64,000 nt of DNA from an uncultured Pseudomonadales bacterium (GCA_964650185.1 CAZYRN010000003.1:2025-66024); one strand, 5' to 3'. Counted from the stretch's first letter, positions 27,128 through 39,757 are shown. Notes: generated by a model not told the origin, from the letters alone. Made by a program: numbers and translations.

Positions 27128-28083
27128 CTTTACTGCAGCGCCTTATTCCAGTTAATTTACTCGAGGAAAAAGAAAAGTTTATGGCGGATCAGACCTATAA
27201 TCCTCAGTTTATTTACGAAGAACCAGTGCCAGCAGATTTTTTAACTAAATATGGCCAGCCCCAACAGAACAAGCTGGACTTGGCTAAGACTATTGTAGAT
27301 CGAGCTTTTAGCCAAAATAATGCTACCGCGTTAAGAGAAACAGAAGGAAGAATCCTGTCACAGGATGAAACAGAGCGGCAAATCAAGCGGTTTTTAAGAC
27401 TTCATCAACTGGAAGACAGATTTAATTTAACTTGGTCCAGTTCGTTTGTAATTCGCACTTCGATCTCATCGAATACGATTAAGCTTAGACATCCAGCCAA
27501 GTTTCGCCAAGATGGCTTGCTGGGCATGCTTTACCATGAGATCGGGACCCACATCTTACGGCGCATTAATTATGAGCAGCAGCCTTGGTATAAGAAGAAA
27601 AAGAAATATGGCTTTCAAGAGTATCTGTTTACCGAAGAAGGCTTGGCTATTTTAAATGGTCTCTTGCCTAAAAAGTTTCAACTTGCGTATAAGTCGGCAC
27701 TAAAATACTTGGGTGTAGCAGCTGCTCAGGAAAAATCTTTCGCTGAGCTCTGGTCTTTCTTTGAAAAATATGCTGATGAACCTAGCCGACGGTGGGGGAT
27801 GACTTTTCGTCAAAAACGCGGCCTTGAAGATACCAGTCAGCCTGGAGGATTTACTAAAGATATTACCTACTTTGAAGGCCTGGTAGATGTCTGGCGATAT
27901 TTAAAGAGTCAAGACTTTAATCCTACTGAGCTTTATTACGGTAAATTAGCTTATCAAGATGTCGATAAAGCCCGCCAGCTTAATCCAGATTATCAGCCGA
28001 TTCTTCCCAGCTTCTACTTAGTTGATCCAGAAAAATACGCCGCAGAACTAGCCAAAATTGGCCGGCTGAACTATTTGGATTAA
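27124..28083 (+). CDS. HExxxH / QEGLA-motif protein (DUF1704-like; 'flavohemoglobin expression-modulating QEGLA motif' family)
   Basis: HEIGTH followed ~30 residues later by TEEGLA, the family's paired signature. ATGA overlap with the ATP-grasp gene implies translational coupling. Confidence 0.7.
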   Translation: MTLLQRLIPVNLLEEKEKFMADQTYNPQFIYEEPVPADFLTKYGQPQQNKLDLAKTIVDRAFSQNNATALRETEGRILSQDETERQIKRFLRLHQLEDRFNLTWSSSFVIRTSISSNTIKLRHPAKFRQDGLLGMLYHEIGTHILRRINYEQQPWYKKKKKYGFQEYLFTEEGLAILNGLLPKKFQLAYKSALKYLGVAAAQEKSFAELWSFFEKYADEPSRRWGMTFRQKRGLEDTSQPGGFTKDITYFEGLVDVWRYLKSQDFNPTELYYGKLAYQDVDKARQLNPDYQPILPSFYLVDPEKYAAELAKIGRLNYLD

Positions 28084-28096
28084 AATTAACTTAAAC

Positions 28097-28495
28097 ATGA
28101 CCCAAATTTTACTGTTCGACTTTTTCAATACCCTTTACTTTCCCCAACATCTTCGCGAACCACTTAACCAAGAATTGATTGAGTTTGTCCGCCAGCATGC
28201 CAGCCAGCATCCCAGCTATATTTTCACTTCAGCCGCACCCATTTTTCTAGAACGACAGCGGTCAAAGCTGGTGCCGCCGTTTATTGATCTTTTTTCCAGC
28301 AAAAAAATCGGCTCTAAGAATGATCCTCAGAGTTACCTCCAACTGGCAGATCAGCTGCAGCTAACACCTGCTGAAATTATCTTTGTTGATGATGGTGAAA
28401 CTAAACTGGCGGCAGCGACCACAGCAGGGTTGATAACAGTTCATTACACCACTAATGACCAGGTCATTAGACAGCTCACTCAACTTCTCTCATGA
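28097..28495 (+). CDS. Small HAD-like hydrolase-fold protein (degenerate motif I)
   Basis: LLFDFFNTL in place of hhhDxDGT, and a C-terminal FVDDG. Only 132 aa, so possibly non-catalytic. Confidence 0.35.
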   Translation: MTQILLFDFFNTLYFPQHLREPLNQELIEFVRQHASQHPSYIFTSAAPIFLERQRSKLVPPFIDLFSSKKIGSKNDPQSYLQLADQLQLTPAEIIFVDDGETKLAAATTAGLITVHYTTNDQVIRQLTQLLS

Positions 28496-29265
28496 TTTCC
28501 GCACTCTATAAACCGCTCGGCGCTTCTACCCACCAGCTAGCTCAGCGCTGGGGAGAGTTGCAGCAGCAGTCCACAACTCACACTGGTACTCTAGATCCCA
28601 TGGCAGATGGGGTGGTAATCGTTTTGAGTGGTCTAGATCGTTTCAACAAAACTGCCTTGTCCAACTGGCAAAAAACCTATCAATTTGAGATTTGGTGGGG
28701 AGTGCAAACAGACTCACTGGACTTGTTGGGTTTAACTACCAAAATTGCCAAATTTGATCTGAATCAATTTCCCTCAACCGGCCTGGATACTGATCAATTA
28801 CAGGATCAGCTAGCTATGGTTCTGCCAAAATTTTTAGGTCCACAGCCGCAGACCTTGCCTCACTTTGCTGCCAAACGCATGGCCGGCCAATCTTATTTTG
28901 ACTTGGCTAAAAGAGGAGAGAAGTTTCAACCAGCTGTAGAAGAAGTTGTCATTCATCAACTGCAGCTACTAGCTAATTTTTCCTTAGCTAAAAACCAGCT
29001 TCATCAAATCATCCAGCAACGGCTTTCTTTGGTTGAAGGTGATTTTCGCCAAACAGAGATTTTAGCTAACTGGGCCAACCAAATTCCTCAACTGCCGCCG
29101 CAGCTATTTGTTTCGCGCCTAATCGCCACTACTTCCAAACGCACTTACATCCGCGCCTTAGTTCGTGATTTAGCTTTGGCAGTGGGTCTGCCCGCTACTA
29201 CCTTTGCTTTAACTCGGACTCAAAATGGACCTTATGGCATCCAAGATTGCCTGTGCCTGATCTAA
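28492..29265 (+). CDS. truB: tRNA pseudouridine(55) synthase
   Basis: HTGTLDPMADGVVIV catalytic-Asp motif and N-terminal KPxGxTS. 4-nt overlap with the upstream gene. Confidence 0.8.
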   Translation: MISALYKPLGASTHQLAQRWGELQQQSTTHTGTLDPMADGVVIVLSGLDRFNKTALSNWQKTYQFEIWWGVQTDSLDLLGLTTKIAKFDLNQFPSTGLDTDQLQDQLAMVLPKFLGPQPQTLPHFAAKRMAGQSYFDLAKRGEKFQPAVEEVVIHQLQLLANFSLAKNQLHQIIQQRLSLVEGDFRQTEILANWANQIPQLPPQLFVSRLIATTSKRTYIRALVRDLALAVGLPATTFALTRTQNGPYGIQDCLCLI

Positions 29266-29326
29266 ATGCCGATGTCTGATTTAAATATCCGACTTTTCTT
29301 GCCACCATTGATATAATGACTGCCTG

Positions 29327-30406
29327 ATGACAAATACCAAAAAGCGCGTCGCGCTGGGAATGTCTGGCGGTGTTGACTCATCCCTTTCGGCTCACTTATT
29401 GATCGAGCAAGGGTATGAAGTTGTTGGAGTTTACCTCGAGTGTTGGCGAGCTCCTGGTTGCCGGACTGATCAGGATCGGCAGGATGCGTTGAAAGTTGCT
29501 TTAGAGCTCGGCATGCCATTTCAAGTTTTGGACTTTAAACAGCAATACCGCCATCAAGTGGTGGAGTATTTCTTTAACGAATACAAAGCTGGCCGCACCC
29601 CTAATCCAGACGTAATGTGCAACAAAGAAATTAAGTTTGGCTTATTTTATGACTGGGCTATGACTCATGATTTTGATTATGTTGCCACTGGTCACTACGC
29701 TAAGTCAACTGAAGCAGGCGAACTGCTGATTCCGAAGGATGACTGGAAAGATCAGACTTACTTTTTATATCTGCTGACTCAAGATCAGTTGCAGCACACT
29801 CTCTTTCCTTTGGCAAAATTAACTAAAGACGAGGTCCGAGCCGAAGCCGAACGGCGCGGCATTCACGTGGCAGAGAAAAAAGACTCAGTTGGCATCTGCT
29901 TTATTGGGGATATTGATGTGCGCGAGTTCTTACGCGAACGGCTAGGGGAGAAGCCAGGCGAAGTGGTTGACCACCAAGGCAATGTGCTGGGTTCACATCA
30001 GGGAGTCTGGTTTTACACCATTGGTCAGCGGCACGGTTTCACCATTCATCCTAAATCTCAAATCACTCAAGCTGATGGCCAGGTAGTAGAGCGGACTAAC
30101 TTGCCGCCGTTTTATGTGATTGGTAAAGATGCGGTCAAAAACCAGCTGGTGGTTGGATTTGGCGCGGATGCTTATCGTCAGACATTTGCTTTTACAGATC
30201 TGCATTTAATTGATGAAGGTGCCAGGCTACCGACACAGCTTTTAGCCAGAATTAGGCATACCGGTGAAAAAATTCCGGCTCAGATTGAAGACAATCGGGT
30301 CAAGTTAGCTAAAGAAGTCAAAGGAATTTCTCCAGGTCAAAGCGTAGTGTTTTATGCGGAGACTCAGGATGGAGTGAAGTGTCTGGGCGGAGCGGTGATA
30401 AATTGA
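29327..30406 (+). CDS. mnmA: tRNA-specific 2-thiouridylase
   Basis: PP-loop SGGVDSS, catalytic cysteines, and a C-terminal tRNA-binding domain. Confidence 0.9.
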   Translation: MTNTKKRVALGMSGGVDSSLSAHLLIEQGYEVVGVYLECWRAPGCRTDQDRQDALKVALELGMPFQVLDFKQQYRHQVVEYFFNEYKAGRTPNPDVMCNKEIKFGLFYDWAMTHDFDYVATGHYAKSTEAGELLIPKDDWKDQTYFLYLLTQDQLQHTLFPLAKLTKDEVRAEAERRGIHVAEKKDSVGICFIGDIDVREFLRERLGEKPGEVVDHQGNVLGSHQGVWFYTIGQRHGFTIHPKSQITQADGQVVERTNLPPFYVIGKDAVKNQLVVGFGADAYRQTFAFTDLHLIDEGARLPTQLLARIRHTGEKIPAQIEDNRVKLAKEVKGISPGQSVVFYAETQDGVKCLGGAVIN

Positions 30407-30419
30407 GATTAATTCGCCA

Positions 30420-31538
30420 TTAACTGTTTTGTGATTGAAATATTTGGCTGTGAATTTCAATCCTGGCCCCAACCGGCTTTCCATTATCGTCAAAAATCGT
30501 ACCACAGATCATCTCTGTCCCTGGAAAATCATGATTAAGAGCTTGGTGTAGTTCTGATAAACCGATACCCTGCCCTGAAGCCACTTCACTCCAGTTACTC
30601 ACTCCCTTAGCGGGAACGAACTCCAATAACTCTGCTCCGTCCAGCTCGCTATAAATTATTTCGGATCCTAGCTCATTTACACCATTCATTTTTTGAGCAT
30701 TGGGAAACCCTACTGCTGCATCGGTGAAGGAAATTATCAATTTATCCGCTCTAACAGCAAATTCGACCCATAGCTTTGTTGGATATCGCTCAGCCAATTC
30801 TTCATCAGACAGTTCTTCTTGTGTGGCTTTGACCCGGTATGCCTTAGATAGGTTCTGTAGAATGTTAAAAAAAACTCGACTCATCACTGGAAAGTTGATG
30901 TTGGTCCATAAATTATTATTCTCCAAAAAATTATCTGGATCATCCACAGAAAATATAATAAAATTTTTCGACGCTTCAGTTGCTGTCTGACGATTGATTA
31001 TCTTTCTTAGTTTATTGACTAGACTAATGAGTGGCTCAGAATGAAGAGGTATACCAAATGTTTCTATACGAAATGCGTTTAGGGTAGCTAGAGCACCCTC
31101 CACACCTTCTTGAATTTGGTATAAAAAAGCTTGATCACCATAGTCTTTGTAGAGCGAAATAAAACCAACAAAATTTTGAATCGAGTTGCCTAGATCATGA
31201 AAAAAAAGAGTTAGGTAATCTATTTTCTCAAAAATATCACCAGAGTATTGACTCCCTCTCATTTCCTTCAACATCTGATCAAATCTATTCCTGGTTTTCA
31301 TAAAAAGATCGACAAATTCATTTCGCTGTTGAACTTGTTTCTTAACCTTATCCTCGGCATCACTCGCATGAATCAAAATCGGATCCGCTTGGAATTTTTC
31401 TAAAATTTCCCGCCACTGCTTAGCTTGATCTTGAAAATATCTTATTTCTCCCCTCACCTCCTCTTCACTTAAGCCCTGTTTTTCGACTCCTACATCACTG
31501 TTTAACTCATCTTGCTCGGGAATAGTTTGTTCAGTCAT
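30420..31538 (-). CDS. Cytoplasmic sensor histidine-kinase-like protein (orphan)
   Basis: H-box-like FFHDLGNSIQNFVGFISL, N-box NILQNLSKA, G-box GQGIGLSELHQAL. No TM helices, and no adjacent response regulator. Confidence 0.5.
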   Translation of the reverse strand: MTEQTIPEQDELNSDVGVEKQGLSEEEVRGEIRYFQDQAKQWREILEKFQADPILIHASDAEDKVKKQVQQRNEFVDLFMKTRNRFDQMLKEMRGSQYSGDIFEKIDYLTLFFHDLGNSIQNFVGFISLYKDYGDQAFLYQIQEGVEGALATLNAFRIETFGIPLHSEPLISLVNKLRKIINRQTATEASKNFIIFSVDDPDNFLENNNLWTNINFPVMSRVFFNILQNLSKAYRVKATQEELSDEELAERYPTKLWVEFAVRADKLIISFTDAAVGFPNAQKMNGVNELGSEIIYSELDGAELLEFVPAKGVSNWSEVASGQGIGLSELHQALNHDFPGTEMICGTIFDDNGKPVGARIEIHSQIFQSQNS

Positions 31539-31580
31539 ATGCCTTAAATATATCTAACTATTTACCCTTTATCCACCCCA

Positions 31581-31608
31581 TTGACCCCCCACCTCAATTT
31601 GGTATAAT
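31581..31608 (+). promoter_or_regulatory. Sigma-70-type promoter for the 16S rRNA gene (TTGACC-N16-TGgTATAAT)
   Basis: -35 box at 31581-31586 and an extended -10 at 31600-31608. About 315 nt upstream of the mature 16S, with hairpins in the leader at ~31766-31785 and ~31826-31843. Confidence 0.55.
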
Positions 31609-31921
31609 GACAATCCTGACGAGGTTAAAGTCCGCTTCGGATACTGATCTTCGCGGTTTCACATTAAGTGAGAGTTCTAAATAAGCTAACAGCATTCCCA
31701 TCTGGAATACTGCTTAACTTTTTCTGTTCATTAACAAGTTAAGAGTGCCAAATATATAGACCAATCATGTCTGTTTCAGACATGGTGGTAGAAAACGCTA
31801 ATTCAAAAGATAACGAAAACAAATAATGTCCTTCGCGGGACATTAAAACAATAAGAGCCTAAATTTCTCTTCGTGTTCCCACATTGAAGAGAAACTCGAA
31901 AACCAAACTTCTGTGGAAGTT

Positions 31922-33421
<1,500 letters not shown>

Positions 33422-33590
33422 AAGGAGTAGGGTGGGAGAATCACGACCTCCCTATCCCGTTCATGCAGTAATGCGGAACGAAAAATAAAAAGACCTGAGA
33501 TCACCATATCCAGGCTGAAAAAACGTTTCTACCACCATGTTTGGATCAGAGATTTGTCAAAAAATATAATTTCTGGCACGAAATAAAAAA

Positions 33591-33616
33591 ACCGCTTGTA
33601 GCAGGCGGTTTTTTTA
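33591..33616. terminator. Rho-independent terminator (ACCGC-N9-GCGGT + T8), likely bidirectional
   Basis: Stem-loop flanked by an A-run upstream and a T-run downstream, 170 nt after the 16S 3' end. Confidence 0.6.
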
Positions 33617-33946
33617 TGCCTTCTCATCCTGCTGCTGATTACGAAATCAATAAAAAAATATAAGGTTTGGGAACTCCAAGCAACCCAGAGGGCCAAATAG
33701 TCAGTGAGTTGAGAAGACCTAATTATTTCACCAAAAAATCTTAATCGCCACCACCTGAGGCACGTAAGAGGCCAGCGCTACCTTCAGCATCTGCAGATAA
33801 TTTATTAATCTTTCTTTTTCTGAAGCCTGTATATCAACGGGCGGCAAGTCATACCAAGACTTAAAACTGCGCTGACGAGGCCGCTCCTCATTCATGTAAA
33901 TAGCTTAGTTGGTTACGGTAAGGAAATGGCAAGAAGCTGGTCGGAG

Positions 33947-34279
33947 TTAAGTAACTCGGTTTGCTCTTAATTTAATTAGTTCTCGAATGGAAGTTGCTAA
34001 CATCATGGCAAGAAATGCCCGTGTGGTGGAAAATTCCTTGTCACCGGCGGCTGTAAATAATAAGTAGAATACAATTGTTAAAAGATAATTATGAATAAAT
34101 TCTGTTGTCACCTCTCTTAACTCAATTCTTTGACGCATTCTTTCAATTCTTTTCACCATATCAGCGATTGATATACTCTGATCTGCATCCATCTGAGCCA
34201 TCAGCTCCTCTAGGGTTTTCGGCTTAAGTAATTTATCACTCGAAATGTCAGGCCCACGCTTGCGATGATTTTGATCCAT
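33947..34279 (-). CDS. Hypothetical protein (helical N-terminus, one TM segment)
   Basis: 110-aa ORF transcribed divergently from clpB. No recognisable family. Confidence 0.35.
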   Translation of the reverse strand: MDQNHRKRGPDISSDKLLKPKTLEELMAQMDADQSISIADMVKRIERMRQRIELREVTTEFIHNYLLTIVFYLLFTAAGDKEFSTTRAFLAMMLATSIRELIKLRANRVT

Positions 34280-34344
34280 TTTTATGTATATTTATATACT
34301 AGTATATATATTGATGTATCAATGAGAATTTTCACAAGCTTATT

Positions 34345-34371
34345 TTAGCACTCTAACCCCTGCTCTGCCAA
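34345..34371. promoter_or_regulatory. Degenerate CIRCE-like element upstream of clpB (TTAGCACTC-N9-CTCTGCCAA)
   Basis: Left half matches the CIRCE consensus 9/9; right half about 5/9. Lies 72 nt upstream of the clpB ATG. Confidence 0.3.
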
Positions 34372-34442
34372 TTACCACTTCACAGATTTTAGGCTAAAGG
34401 TTAAAATTAAAGCCGGTGTATTAGTTTACTATTAATCTATAT

Positions 34443-37007
34443 ATGGCATTTGATCCCAACCAACTCACTACTAAATCTGCTGAAGCTGTCCAGGAAGCAA
34501 TGCAGCTGGCAGGCCAGCTTAATCATGCGGAAATTACTCCTTGGCATTTACTAAAAGTACTAGTTGAGCAGCCCAATGGCATTGTGCCGTCACTTTTGCA
34601 AAGACTTAACATCAATCCTGCCTCAATTTCCGATCAGCTTTCAGCTCAACTGACTTCTCTCCCAACTGTCTCCAGCCCAACTAAATCTTTAGTCTCCACT
34701 GATTTAAATAAAGCACTTAATACGGCTGAAACCGAAGCCGGCAAGCTCAATGATGAGTTTATCAGCACTGAACATCTTTTCTTAGGCTTACTTCAATTGA
34801 CTGAAGTGAAAGACTTGCTTAAGATTGATGATCAAGCGGTCAGGCAGGAATTAGCTGAAGTGAGAGGTTCGCAGCGAGTCACAGATCGTGACCCAGAAGA
34901 CAAGTATCAAGCTTTAGAAAAATACACCATTGATTTTACGCAGCTGGCTAGCGAAGGTAAGATTGATCCTGTCATTGGTCGCGACCAAGAAATTAGACGC
35001 ATCACCCAAATTCTTTCTCGCCGCACTAAAAACAATCCTGTTTTGGTCGGGGAGCCTGGGACTGGTAAGACCGCCATCGTCGAAGGCCTAGCAAAAAAAA
35101 TTGTTGACCGGGATGTGCCTGACGCTTTGCTTAATAAAAAGATTTTATCTTTAGATTTGGGAGCTTTAATCGCCGGCAGTAAATACCGCGGTGAGTTTGA
35201 AGATCGCCTCAAAGCGGTCATTAAAGAAATTGAAAAGTCAGCCGGTCAGATTATTCTTTTTATCGACGAGCTGCACACGATTGTCGGTGCTGGAGCTCAG
35301 GAAGGCAGTACCGATGCTGGTAATTTATTAAAGCCAGCTTTAGCTCGGGGTACTTTACAAACAGTGGGCGCGACCACTCTCCAAGAGTATCGCAAGTATG
35401 TCGAAAAGGACGCTGCTTTAGAACGCCGCTTCCAGCCGATTATGATCAACGAGCCTTCAGTTGAAGATGCTATTTCTATTTTGCGCGGCATTAAGGATAA
35501 ATATGAATCTCATCACGGAGTGCGTATCCGCGACAACGCTTTAGTCGCCGCCGTTAAACTCTCCGATCGCTACATCGCCGACCGCTTTTTGCCAGACAAA
35601 GCCATCGACTTAATGGATGAGGCTGCTTCAGCTATCAGAATTGAGATTGATAGCAAGCCGGCTGAACTGGATGCACTAGAAAGAAAAATCCGTCAGTTAG
35701 AAATTGAAAAGGAGGCTCTTAAGAAAGAACAAGATCAGCAATCTAAAAAACGCTTAAAAGATTTGGAAAAAGAGTTAGCTGATCTGAAAGAAAAATATCG
35801 AGAATTGGAAACTCATTGGCAAAATGAAAAGCAGTCCATTGACCAGATTAAACTGATTAATCAAGAAATGGATGAGCTGCGAGCTGAGGCTGAAAGGGCG
35901 GAAAGAGATCTAGATTTGCAGCGAGTGGCAGAAATTAACTACGGCCAACTTCCAGAACTAGAAAAAAAGCTGTCTGCCGCTCAAGAGTCATTAGCTAAAA
36001 CCCAATCCAATAAACAAATTTTGCGGGAAGAAGTAACCGAGCAGGATATTGCACGGATTGTGGCACGCTGGACTAATATTCCAGTCGAGAAAATGCTGGA
36101 AAGTGAAAGCCAAAAGTTGGCCCAGATGGAGAAACTACTGGCTAAGCGAGTAATTGGTCAAGAAGAAGCGGTGCAAGCGGTCGCTAATGCCATTCGCCGC
36201 AGCCGTGCTGATCTCAAAGAAGAGGGGAGACCAATTGGTTCATTTCTCTTCCTCGGTCCAACTGGCGTGGGTAAAACAGAGCTGGCCAAAGCCTTAGCTG
36301 AATTTATGTTTGATGATGAAAACAAACTGATTAGAATTGATATGAGCGAGTACATGGAACAGCATTCAGTGGCGCGTTTGGTGGGGTCGCCACCCGGTTA
36401 TGTTGGCTATGAAGAAGGCGGTCAGCTGACAGAATCGGTCAGACGCAATCCTTACACCATCATCTTGTTGGATGAGATCGAAAAAGCCCATAATCAGGTC
36501 TTTAACATTCTGCTGCAAGTTTTAGATGATGGCCGACTGACTGATAGTAAAGGCCGGACAGTTGACTTTAAAAACACTGTCATTATTATGACGTCAAATT
36601 TAGGCACAGAATTGATTCAGGAACAAAAAGATCGGGATCAGCTTCAGACACAAGTTCAGCAGCTCCTCCAGCAAGCATTTCGACCAGAATTCTTAAATCG
36701 GATTGATGACATCGTCATCTTTGACCCTCTCTCTGAAAAAGAACTAGAAAAAATCATTGAACTGCAGCTGCAGCTAGTCGAGGAAAGATTGGCTGAAAAG
36801 CAAATCAAGCTCACTGTGACGCCGGCTGCCAAAAAGTACTTGGCTGAAGCTGGCTTTAGCCCTACTTTTGGCGCCAGACCACTGAAACGATTAATTCAAA
36901 ACACCATCTTGGATGAACTTTCCATGGGGATCATTGAAGGAGAAATTACTGAAAATAGCGCGGTGACAGTTGACTACCAAAAAGGGAAAATCATCCTTCA
37001 GAATTAA
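34443..37007 (+). CDS. clpB: ATP-dependent chaperone ClpB
   Basis: Two AAA+ modules ([16 protein letters not shown]), a long coiled-coil M-domain, and a ClpB N-domain. 854 aa. Confidence 0.95.
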   Translation: MAFDPNQLTTKSAEAVQEAMQLAGQLNHAEITPWHLLKVLVEQPNGIVPSLLQRLNINPASISDQLSAQLTSLPTVSSPTKSLVSTDLNKALNTAETEAGKLNDEFISTEHLFLGLLQLTEVKDLLKIDDQAVRQELAEVRGSQRVTDRDPEDKYQALEKYTIDFTQLASEGKIDPVIGRDQEIRRITQILSRRTKNNPVLVGEPGTGKTAIVEGLAKKIVDRDVPDALLNKKILSLDLGALIAGSKYRGEFEDRLKAVIKEIEKSAGQIILFIDELHTIVGAGAQEGSTDAGNLLKPALARGTLQTVGATTLQEYRKYVEKDAALERRFQPIMINEPSVEDAISILRGIKDKYESHHGVRIRDNALVAAVKLSDRYIADRFLPDKAIDLMDEAASAIRIEIDSKPAELDALERKIRQLEIEKEALKKEQDQQSKKRLKDLEKELADLKEKYRELETHWQNEKQSIDQIKLINQEMDELRAEAERAERDLDLQRVAEINYGQLPELEKKLSAAQESLAKTQSNKQILREEVTEQDIARIVARWTNIPVEKMLESESQKLAQMEKLLAKRVIGQEEAVQAVANAIRRSRADLKEEGRPIGSFLFLGPTGVGKTELAKALAEFMFDDENKLIRIDMSEYMEQHSVARLVGSPPGYVGYEEGGQLTESVRRNPYTIILLDEIEKAHNQVFNILLQVLDDGRLTDSKGRTVDFKNTVIIMTSNLGTELIQEQKDRDQLQTQVQQLLQQAFRPEFLNRIDDIVIFDPLSEKELEKIIELQLQLVEERLAEKQIKLTVTPAAKKYLAEAGFSPTFGARPLKRLIQNTILDELSMGIIEGEITENSAVTVDYQKGKIILQN

Positions 37008-37032
37008 CGACTCTGTGATACAATAAAAAACT

Positions 37033-37106
37033 CTGCAACACAGGGTGTGTAGCTCAGTTGGTTAGAGCGCAGTCCTGATAAGACTGAGGTCCCTCGTTCG
37101 AGTCGA
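37033..37106 (+). tRNA. tRNA-Ile (anticodon GAT)
   Basis: GGGTGTGTAGCTCAGTTGGTTAGAGC...TTCGAGTC...CACACCCA. Anticodon loop CUGAUAA. No encoded CCA. Confidence 0.9.
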
Positions 37107-37178
37107 GGCACACCCACCCTCACTTTAAAATCACAACTTAATGTCATTAAACTAACCTCTTGTCTATGTGATTTCCCA

Positions 37179-39710
37179 TTGCCAATTAGCAGTCAAGCGT
37201 TTAGAATGCTAATTGCTATGATAGATGATTCATCAGAAAAAAACGATCAAGGTCAAGTGGTCTTTAGCAAGAGTCAGTCTAGCGAAAGCGACTCCGATAA
37301 AATCCTACCTTTAGATCAGCTTGTTCTACCAGTAGTACCAATTAGGGAAGGTGTCCTTTTTCCCAGTACTGAGTCGGTGCTGACATTTGGTCGGGATTTA
37401 TCACTGAATGCTATTAATCAAGCAGCTGAAAGTGACAACAAATACGTGGTGTTGCTAACGCAAAAAGATCCAACTGTTGATCTGCCTGGCCCCGATGACC
37501 TGTATCAAATAGGCAGCTTAGCTGAAGTTGATCGCACCCTCAATACCGAGGGCAGGGTCAATGCGCTGGTACGAGGCATTGGCCGAGTTAAAGTCGCTTC
37601 TTTTGAGACCAAAGAACCATTTTATCAAGCTAAAGTAACCCAGTTATCAGATTTTGTCGAACGTGATGAAGAGATGAAGGCTCTGACCAGCCATTTGCAA
37701 AAGATCTTTCGCAAAGCAATTCACATGGGCAAGCCGGTGGAGTTTTTAAACTTCATGAAGTTGATGAGCGGCGTCACTGAAGGTGAGTTGGCTGATCAAA
37801 TTGCCAGTACCTTAAATGTGAAAACTGAAGAAAAACAAGCCATTTTGGAAACTACCGAGGTTAAAAAACGCATCAAGCTCATCATCAAGTACTTAACTCG
37901 TGAGATGAAAGTCCTTGAGATTGAAAAAGATGTAGTCCATAAAACTCAGGAAAAATTTGACAAAACCATGCGGGAAAATGTGTTGCGGGAAAGACTGCGC
38001 ACCATTCAAAAAGAGCTAGGTGATCTGGAAGATGAAGAAGAAGTAGCTAGCACTTATGAAGATCAACTGAAGGACTTGCAGTTAGCTCCAGAGGTAAAAG
38101 AAAAAATTTCAAAAGAGATTAAACGCCTCCGAACCATGTCTCCCAATAATCCTGAGTCAGGTTATGTCCGCAGTTGGCTGGATACAGTTTTTGATATTCC
38201 TTGGAATAATGTGAAGACGAGCGAGATTACACTGCAGGAAGCAGAACAGATTTTAAATAAGAGTCACTATGGCTTAGAGGAAGTTAAGGATCGGATTTTA
38301 GAATACTTAGCTGTGCTGAAACTTAAACAACAGCAAACAGCAGATGAAGCTGCCACTGTCCCTACTATTTTATGTTTTGTGGGACCACCCGGAGTAGGGA
38401 AGACCAGTATTGGCAAATCAATTGCTGATTCGCTGGGCAGAAAATTTACTAAAGCTTCATTGGGTGGCATCCGCGATGAGGCGGAGATTCGCGGTCACCG
38501 TCGGACATATGTCGGCGCCATGCCTGGCAGAATTGTCAGCAGCATTATTCAGTCCGGCAGCATGAATCCAGTTTTTATGCTGGATGAGGTCGATAAGATT
38601 GGCACTGATTTCCGTGGCGATCCTTCTGCAGCCCTTTTAGAAGCTCTCGACCCCGAGCAGAACAAATCATTTGAGGATCACTACCTTGATATTCCTTTAG
38701 ATCTATCTCGGGTTATTTTTATTACTACTGCTAATACTCTAGACACCATTCCACCGGCACTGCGAGATCGGCTGGAGATTATTCGCTATTCTGGTTACAC
38801 CGAGTTAGAAAAATTTCATATTGCCAAAGACCACTTACTCAATAAACAGTTACAGGCTAATGGCTTGTCTCCAGATGTGATTGAGATGCCAGATGAGTCT
38901 TTGCAGTACATCATCAAGCGTTATACTCAAGAGGCTGGGGTGCGTGATTTAGAAAGAACCATCGGCAAAGTGCTACGGAAAGTAGCGCGGCGCATTGCAG
39001 AACAACAGACGGCTGAGATTGATGCCGTCAAGAAGCAGGATCAAGTTATTACGGTAAACCCAAAACAAGTCCGCGAGCATTTAGGTCCAGAACAGTTTGA
39101 CGTCAATCGAACTGAAGAAGTGGATCGCATTGGTGTGGCAACTGGCCTAGCTTGGACAAGTGTCGGTGGTGATATCTTATTTATTGAGGTAGCCTTAACT
39201 CCAGGTAAAGGTCGGGTCCAACTCACTGGAAAGCTAGGAGACGTGATGAAGGAGTCCGCTCAGGCTGCTTTAACCTACGTCAAATCTAATCTGAAAAAAT
39301 TGGGTATTGATGAGAAAACTTTTGAAAAAACCGATGTCCACGTGCATATTCCCGAAGGCGCCACTCCAAAAGAAGGCCCGTCAGCTGGTATTACCATTGC
39401 CACAGCCATGGTCTCAGCTTTCACCAACACACCCATTAACCGTGAAATTGCTATGACTGGAGAAGTGACATTAAGAGGACGAGTGTTAAGAATTGGTGGC
39501 CTCAAAGAGAAAGCCATTGCCGCTCATCGAGCCGGCAGCCGCATTGTCCTAATTCCTGAGGAAAATGAGCGCGATCTAGTTGATGTACCAGATCAAGTGA
39601 AGGATGACATTACCTTTAAGCCCGTGGCGACTATGACCGAAGTACTAAAACTAGCCCTGGTGAAACCAAAAAAGACTTCAGCCAAGAAATCTTCAGCCAA
39701 GAAAAAGTAG
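37179..39710 (+). CDS. lon: ATP-dependent protease Lon
   Basis: Lon N-domain, AAA+ GPPGVGKTS, and a protease domain with the catalytic Ser in [11 protein letters not shown] start in the track; ATG at 37206 is an alternative. Confidence 0.9.
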   Translation: MPISSQAFRMLIAMIDDSSEKNDQGQVVFSKSQSSESDSDKILPLDQLVLPVVPIREGVLFPSTESVLTFGRDLSLNAINQAAESDNKYVVLLTQKDPTVDLPGPDDLYQIGSLAEVDRTLNTEGRVNALVRGIGRVKVASFETKEPFYQAKVTQLSDFVERDEEMKALTSHLQKIFRKAIHMGKPVEFLNFMKLMSGVTEGELADQIASTLNVKTEEKQAILETTEVKKRIKLIIKYLTREMKVLEIEKDVVHKTQEKFDKTMRENVLRERLRTIQKELGDLEDEEEVASTYEDQLKDLQLAPEVKEKISKEIKRLRTMSPNNPESGYVRSWLDTVFDIPWNNVKTSEITLQEAEQILNKSHYGLEEVKDRILEYLAVLKLKQQQTADEAATVPTILCFVGPPGVGKTSIGKSIADSLGRKFTKASLGGIRDEAEIRGHRRTYVGAMPGRIVSSIIQSGSMNPVFMLDEVDKIGTDFRGDPSAALLEALDPEQNKSFEDHYLDIPLDLSRVIFITTANTLDTIPPALRDRLEIIRYSGYTELEKFHIAKDHLLNKQLQANGLSPDVIEMPDESLQYIIKRYTQEAGVRDLERTIGKVLRKVARRIAEQQTAEIDAVKKQDQVITVNPKQVREHLGPEQFDVNRTEEVDRIGVATGLAWTSVGGDILFIEVALTPGKGRVQLTGKLGDVMKESAQAALTYVKSNLKKLGIDEKTFEKTDVHVHIPEGATPKEGPSAGITIATAMVSAFTNTPINREIAMTGEVTLRGRVLRIGGLKEKAIAAHRAGSRIVLIPEENERDLVDVPDQVKDDITFKPVATMTEVLKLALVKPKKTSAKKSSAKKK

Positions 39711-39757
39711 CTTACAGTTCCTCAAGTAGATCTGGCGGCTTGTGTTACACTAACGGT

